DNA of 33,580 nt, from IMG/VR virus record IMGVR_UViG_3300042390_000952. One strand, written 5' to 3'. The position numbers and the translations under genes were made by a program. Below the pieces are notes generated by a model. It saw only the letters and a list, made by a program, of their open reading frames with translations. It ran no database searches and was not told the origin of the DNA. The stretch is from a virus. Every line of letters begins with the position of its first letter. The first letter of the stretch is position 1. Below are positions 28,671 through 33,580 of the stretch, one piece after another.

Positions 28671-29105
28671 TACGGCTTCAGTCACCATATTCAATTTATT
28701 ATTTGCAATTCTTTCATACACTTCAGGGTCAAGAACGGACTCAGCACGTTCTAACAAAACCTTGCGAATATAAGCAGTCAAAGTCTTAGCATCTTTCAAA
28801 TCTTCAGTTTCAAACGCTTCTTTAATCAATAAATATTCTTCAACCAAGAATGGCACATTAATAGCAGTACCGATGAATTGCGGTTTACGCTCACGTTCAC
28901 TTAAAACATTCTCATGGTAGGTAGAAATGCTTTTACCATTTTTAGGCTGTGTTTCAGGCTGAATGATTGATTTTGGACCTGACTTTGCTTTGAGTTGGGT
29001 TCGTGCTTTAGGGGATAAACCGTCTCTTTCAGGTGTCGTAGAAATAGCTACATGTGCTTTCTCAGACTTAGATTGGCGTTCACCACGTATTCTTGAATCA
29101 GACAT
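28659..29105 (-). CDS. Putative partner of ParA (ParB-like/plasmid segregation or unknown)
   Basis: 148-aa basic protein immediately downstream of parA. Confidence 0.55.
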   Translation of the reverse strand: MSDSRIRGERQSKSEKAHVAISTTPERDGLSPKARTQLKAKSGPKSIIQPETQPKNGKSISTYHENVLSERERKPQFIGTAINVPFLVEEYLLIKEAFETEDLKDAKTLTAYIRKVLLERAESVLDPEVYERIANNKLNMVTEAVEKP

Positions 29106-29106
29106 T

Positions 29107-29730
29107 TTAAATTACCTCTAGCAGCCAATTATTGAAGTCGTCTTTTGCATTGTTTGGTTTCAATTCAAGAACAGATTTACTTTGAGCAAACGCTTCACGG
29201 AATTGAACACGCTCATGCAGTCGAGCTTTTAATACTTTGTAAGTTGGGTACTTTTCAGCTAGGAAGGCTGAAGTGTTATCAGCATCTTTTGATTTTGCAT
29301 GGGTGCTTGCACGACTGATAAAGAAATACTTCTCAAGCTTAGGATTCTTTTGTGCTTGAGTACGGTCTACTAAGTCAGTGACAAATGGAAGAACGTCTAA
29401 ATCAGCCTGGCTTGTCTGTGTTGGGATAAATAATTTATCTGCAACTTTTAAAGAGCTTCTGAACTCAGAGCTATCGCGTCCTGCACAGTCAATTACAATG
29501 TAGTCATAAATTTTGCTGTGCTGACGTATAAGATCGTCTAGGTCGCCTTGTAGATAAACGCAATCCAAGTCTTCAGCTTCACGGTAATCAAACCAGGTGA
29601 ATGCAGATTTTTGGTCATCAGCATCAATTAATAAGGTCTTCCCTTTAGTAGCTAGGTGTACTGCTAAATTTACGGCTGAAGTTGTTTTTCCTACTCCACC
29701 TTTTCTGTTTGCAAATAGATATACTGTCAA
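29107..29730 (-). CDS. parA: ParA-type partition ATPase
   Basis: MTVYLFANRKGGVGKTTSAVNLAVHLATKGKTLLIDADDQ: deviant Walker A; TTG start. Confidence 0.92.
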   Translation of the reverse strand: MTVYLFANRKGGVGKTTSAVNLAVHLATKGKTLLIDADDQKSAFTWFDYREAEDLDCVYLQGDLDDLIRQHSKIYDYIVIDCAGRDSSEFRSSLKVADKLFIPTQTSQADLDVLPFVTDLVDRTQAQKNPKLEKYFFISRASTHAKSKDADNTSAFLAEKYPTYKVLKARLHERVQFREAFAQSKSVLELKPNNAKDDFNNWLLEVI

Positions 29731-29953
29731 AATATGATCCTATTTATAGTTGTATATTTTGTTATATTTTAGCAGTTATAAATAAGAGTACAACAACAAT
29801 TTTTCTTTAGTTTGTAACAGGATACGGTATGATGTGACGAATTGAATTGGGGGTTATATGGAAGAAATAGAAGAATATGTATGGTTATATTTACCTCCAT
29901 ACTTAAAACTTTAATAGTTAAATTGAATATTTATTATTCACTAAAAAAACAAC

Positions 29954-30604
29954 ATGCATTGGAGTAATTTCATAGTGAAATTTATAAAAGAACGCTATAA
30001 AAGGTTAACTATTGTTTTAGTAATACCTTTATTAGTTTGGGGATATTTCATCGAATTGGAGGTAAGAAAAAATGGAAGTTATAATTGGATCGCTAATTGT
30101 CTAATAGTTAGTGATCCACAAAAAATAGAACATTATGAACCAAAGTGTGAAGCAGTTTTAGACTTAAATTCAACAAAAAAAGGATTAATTAACGGAGTTA
30201 ACTATATTTTCTCAGACATGGATGTAATATTAAATAATGGGGAAAAAACAGTTAATATAAATATTAACAAATTACAAGACCAATACTTTTTGATAGAAAT
30301 TTATACTAAAGATTTAAATAACTTTGGAGTAAAAAATATTAAAGCAGTAACCTCGTCAGGAATAATATTTGGAAGTATTTCATTTAATAATAAATATGAT
30401 GAAGATACTTTACAGTATGCTTTAGAAAAAGGAAAAGAAGCAAAAAACCTAGCTATAATTAAAAATATTTCTTTTCGTATTTTCCTAACCCTTATTCCAT
30501 TACTCTTATATTTTCTAGCTTCATTTTCTCTTTTTTTATCGTATAAAATACTATTATTTCTTTTTAAATATATTGCTCATGGGAGAACAAAAAATCATTA
30601 TTAA
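29954..30604 (+). CDS. Hypothetical membrane protein
   Basis: Hydrophobic segments near both ends (LTIVLVIPLLVWGYFI; IFLTLIPLLLYFLASFSLFLSYKILLFLF). Confidence 0.6.
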   Translation: MHWSNFIVKFIKERYKRLTIVLVIPLLVWGYFIELEVRKNGSYNWIANCLIVSDPQKIEHYEPKCEAVLDLNSTKKGLINGVNYIFSDMDVILNNGEKTVNININKLQDQYFLIEIYTKDLNNFGVKNIKAVTSSGIIFGSISFNNKYDEDTLQYALEKGKEAKNLAIIKNISFRIFLTLIPLLLYFLASFSLFLSYKILLFLFKYIAHGRTKNHY

Positions 30605-30800
30605 TTCCCCTACTCCATAGCGGAAACAGGGGTAAAGGAAATAACTTTAAGTCAGGTAATAGATACCTTTTGCACCAATTGATCTTAATACGATTAGTTG
30701 TAAGAGTGAGATTGAATGTCTATCATCCAGTCTCACATCAATTAAATGAAGCATGATAAATAAGTTTATTGCTAAGTAAGTGATTAAAACTGCTTCCATA

Positions 30801-31100
30801 TTAATATCCTCTGAAGTGATCATTTATATCTGATAGGTTTTCTGTGTATGAGCCGTAAAGGTCATCTATATCAGCTTCAAAATCTTCATCTTCGAATTTA
30901 AGAAAATTATGAGCTAGTTCTGCATCTGCATTAATTAATGTGAGTGATCCTTTCTTATAGTCTTTTTTGATTTCTTTTAAGTGGTACAGTAATTCGTTGT
31001 CGTCTTCTGCTTCTTCTACTGAACGTCCGTTATATAATCCAGTTACTAAGATTTTTGCTTTAATGATTTTGTTGTATTCAGATTTAGTTAATTTTTTCAT
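30801..31100 (-). CDS. Hypothetical acidic protein
   Basis: 99-aa ORF, co-oriented with the antirepressor gene. Confidence 0.55.
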   Translation of the reverse strand: MKKLTKSEYNKIIKAKILVTGLYNGRSVEEAEDDNELLYHLKEIKKDYKKGSLTLINADAELAHNFLKFEDEDFEADIDDLYGSYTENLSDINDHFRGY

Positions 31101-31158
31101 TTGTTCCTATGCTCATTAATATTAAAGGAGCTGTTACACCCCTCGCCTTTTTTATTTC

Positions 31159-31998
31159 TTATGCTTGTAATTGGTAGTTATCTGCTTGAACTACTTCTAT
31201 TGCTAATGGCTTCATCATTCCAGATTTAACCATTTTTCTAACTGCTTCATCATGCCCTTGTTGAGTGAAGACGATTACTTCGTTGTAGCAAATACAGCCC
31301 CACGCATTAGTAAATGGTTTACCAGTTCTCATCATACGCATGTAGTTATGTTGGTTTGACCATGAAGCAGGACGGAATGTTTTAGCGTCATGACCAGTAG
31401 CCCATCTCTTTTCTACAATCCACTCTTTAATAGCTTTCTCTTTTACACCAGTATGTTGAGCAAATTCACGAATTGAGTAAGTACGTTTCTTATCTAGGAC
31501 AGCATCAAATACTTCAGCTTTTGGAGTTTGCACTTCAATCACTAATTGCTTTTGAGCTATTTCTAAAGCTAACTGTTCTTTTTGTTCTTCAGCTTCAATC
31601 AAGAACTGTAACGCTTCTTTAAAGTTACCTGGTAAACGTGGCTGTTGAATCGCTTTTTCTAATTCCATCCAACGGTCCACAACTTGACCTAAAAATTGTG
31701 GTGATAATTGAGCAACAATAATCATTGTGTCTCGTTTACCTTGTTCACCTTCAAATACATAAACTTGAGTATGTTGAGTTCGACCAATACTGTTTTGAAA
31801 AGACGTTTCCTTCATTGCAGGAAGCGTTATTACACCTTGAGATACAAGACGTTCTATAGAAGTCTTAACATTGTCATGTCTTGATTGAACTAGATCTGCA
31901 ATCTCTTGGCTGCTCATAGAAATAGCTGTATTATTCGTTGTAATAATAGTTGTATTAAATGGTGTAGAATTTTGGGTATTTAATGCTAAGTTTGTCAT
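31159..31998 (-). CDS. Rha-type/antirepressor phage regulatory protein
   Basis: ISMSSQEIADLVQSRHDNVKTSIERL is a Rha-like N-terminus; C-terminal antirepressor-like TYSIREFAQHTGVKEKAIKEWI. Confidence 0.8.
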   Translation of the reverse strand: MTNLALNTQNSTPFNTTIITTNNTAISMSSQEIADLVQSRHDNVKTSIERLVSQGVITLPAMKETSFQNSIGRTQHTQVYVFEGEQGKRDTMIIVAQLSPQFLGQVVDRWMELEKAIQQPRLPGNFKEALQFLIEAEEQKEQLALEIAQKQLVIEVQTPKAEVFDAVLDKKRTYSIREFAQHTGVKEKAIKEWIVEKRWATGHDAKTFRPASWSNQHNYMRMMRTGKPFTNAWGCICYNEVIVFTQQGHDEAVRKMVKSGMMKPLAIEVVQADNYQLQA

Positions 31999-32413
31999 TT
32001 TTTATATTTCCTTTAAATAACGATTTTTAATCCGTATTATCTCTTTGGATAAGCAGACTTAATATTTTGATGTTGTTTTGTTTATAGGCATTGGTGAGTT
32101 TTAATGAGTCTGCCTATCGACTCTAATAATGTTTCTTATTGTTTATTTATTCTGATCATTATATCAAACTAAAATATTTATTGCAACATCTATTAATCTA
32201 TGTTATGGGGTTAATTATAATAGAGTCATAATGGAGAGTCAACTTTTTAATACACCCTGCATTTACAGGGTTATTCTATTGTTTATTTTAATTTCCCCGA
32301 ATCGGGATAGTATAAAATCATTCATCCTTGATAATAATAGACTTATGATTTTATAGTGTTCACTTTAATTTTCCTGAATCGACATGGTTTTATTAAATAT
32401 GAACACATCATTA

Positions 32414-33580
32414 TTAAACTAAATCTAATTGTTTTGCTTGTTGTTCTGTACTTTCTGTTACCACAGTTTCAAATTCATCTTCTAACCAACGCTCAAGTAG
32501 GTCACGCATTCTTGAACTTGGTACATAGATATTGATTGGATTACCTTCACGAATTGCTGAACGCCATACCCATTGAACCATCTCAGATAGGGCAAAGATG
32601 TCTTCTTTTACTGGAAAGCCTTTCATAGCTGAAGCTTTGACTACCATCGGATTAGGGAACAGGTTAAGCAAATAAGCTAGGTTTGACCTATCACGGTATT
32701 CGTTAGTCGCTTTGGTATTGAAAGCAAGCCATTCGTCTTTATAACGAGTTCCTGCAATAGAAGTTGAACCTTCTTTGAATGAAGTCCAAAGTCTATCCCC
32801 TTTCTTGGCTTTTGCTTTGTTACGGAAAAAATTGTCTAAATTCTTAGATAATTGTTCACATAATGCTTTCTTGTTTGTTCTGAATTGGCTAGAGCTTAGA
32901 GCTGTCTTTTTAGTACCAATCTCATTGATGAAAGCATCATCTGAAATATTAACCAGATGTTTAATTTGGGAAGGTTTGCTACCAAAGCGGATAAGTTCGT
33001 AGTTCACGCCATACGACTTCAAATACGCTGACATTTGCGAACCTTCAAACATATAAGTAGCAATCCATACTTCTTTGAATGCTCTCAAGGTATCAATACT
33101 GAGTTCCCAAACAATCAATTTTTGGTCCACATATAAGAGCTGACCAAGATCACACATTGTTGCCAGGTTTTCGTATTTTGTACCTGTAGGATCACCACCA
33201 TTGTCACCAAAGTTTTCACGTTGGAAACGAAGCGTTACGTTGTCATTCTCATCAATCTTAATCCATCCTAAACGGAACAAAGCTTCTAGCTCTGTAGCTG
33301 TATATTCAGCATATACGTCATAGACTTGGATTGTTTCATCAATAATCAGAACGTAGTCCTTTGCATCTTCAAGCATAGAAGGCGTTAAGTTCATAAATAA
33401 TTGGTGAGTGCTGACTACATTCTCTTTATTTTTAATCAGGTATTGAAGACTCTCAGCTTTGTTACCGCCTTTATAGCTTGGGTGTTTGAAACGTCTATCT
33501 ATCAGTGGTGCATCTTCATCATAAGCATAATGGATGCTTGTCTCGTCTTCAGTGGTAATGATTGGACGTTTTAGATTGTC
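32414..33580 (-). CDS. Partial large protein, possible helicase-like (VLIIDET motif); continues beyond the window edge
   Basis: The frame remains open upstream of the listed M at 33394 to 33580 (DNLKRPIITTEDETSIHYAYDEDAPLIDRRFKHPSYKGGNKAESLQYLIKNKENVVSTHQLF-). Confidence 0.65.
   Translation of the reverse strand, partial: DNLKRPIITTEDETSIHYAYDEDAPLIDRRFKHPSYKGGNKAESLQYLIKNKENVVSTHQLFMNLTPSMLEDAKDYVLIIDETIQVYDVYAEYTATELEALFRLGWIKIDENDNVTLRFQRENFGDNGGDPTGTKYENLATMCDLGQLLYVDQKLIVWELSIDTLRAFKEVWIATYMFEGSQMSAYLKSYGVNYELIRFGSKPSQIKHLVNISDDAFINEIGTKKTALSSSQFRTNKKALCEQLSKNLDNFFRNKAKAKKGDRLWTSFKEGSTSIAGTRYKDEWLAFNTKATNEYRDRSNLAYLLNLFPNPMVVKASAMKGFPVKEDIFALSEMVQWVWRSAIREGNPINIYVPSSRMRDLLERWLEDEFETVVTESTEQQAKQLDLV

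Noticed and set aside
1-33580. CRISPR array
   Set aside because: No regularly spaced direct repeats with unique spacers; the AAGACAA palindromes are irregularly spaced and short.

Overview
The window is the late (structural, packaging and lysis) module of a T7-like podovirus, joined to plasmid-type maintenance genes. This suggests a phage-plasmid or a plasmid carrying prophage genes, probably in an Acinetobacter-like, AT-rich host. MAIN FINDING: the portal, gp16-like internal virion protein, small terminase and large terminase genes all look frameshifted in the supplied ORF track. Every one of the 11 breaks is at an in-frame CGG followed by A or T. Reading the four bases CGGA or CGGU as one codon restores each gene to full length. 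The arithmetic closes exactly for portal 4273-5957, internal protein 12167-14738, small terminase 14777-15116 and large terminase 15097-16747. The residue needed at the restored positions is glycine, for example ITGSRA and NGIGGH in the terminase. Inside the same module, between the scaffold and capsid genes, is a tRNA-Gly-like gene (6934-7009). It keeps glycine-type identity features (G1-C72, C2-G71, U73) but has an enlarged anticodon loop, ATTTCCGTC, containing UCCG, the exact complement of CGGA. I found in-frame CGG almost nowhere else in the supported genes. Together these indicate a natural quadruplet-decoding system: a phage-encoded frameshift-suppressor tRNA required for portal, core and terminase synthesis. 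Other notable features: a truncated tail nozzle gene; a probable dTDP-Qui3NFo sugar cassette behind the lysis genes; an ArdA-like antirestriction gene; Rha/antirepressor and ParA genes; a pdif-like XerC/D site; a MITE-like element truncating a glycosyltransferase; a cluster of evenly built palindromes; and a duplicated structured element with a compensatory base change. All of this was read by eye with no searches run.
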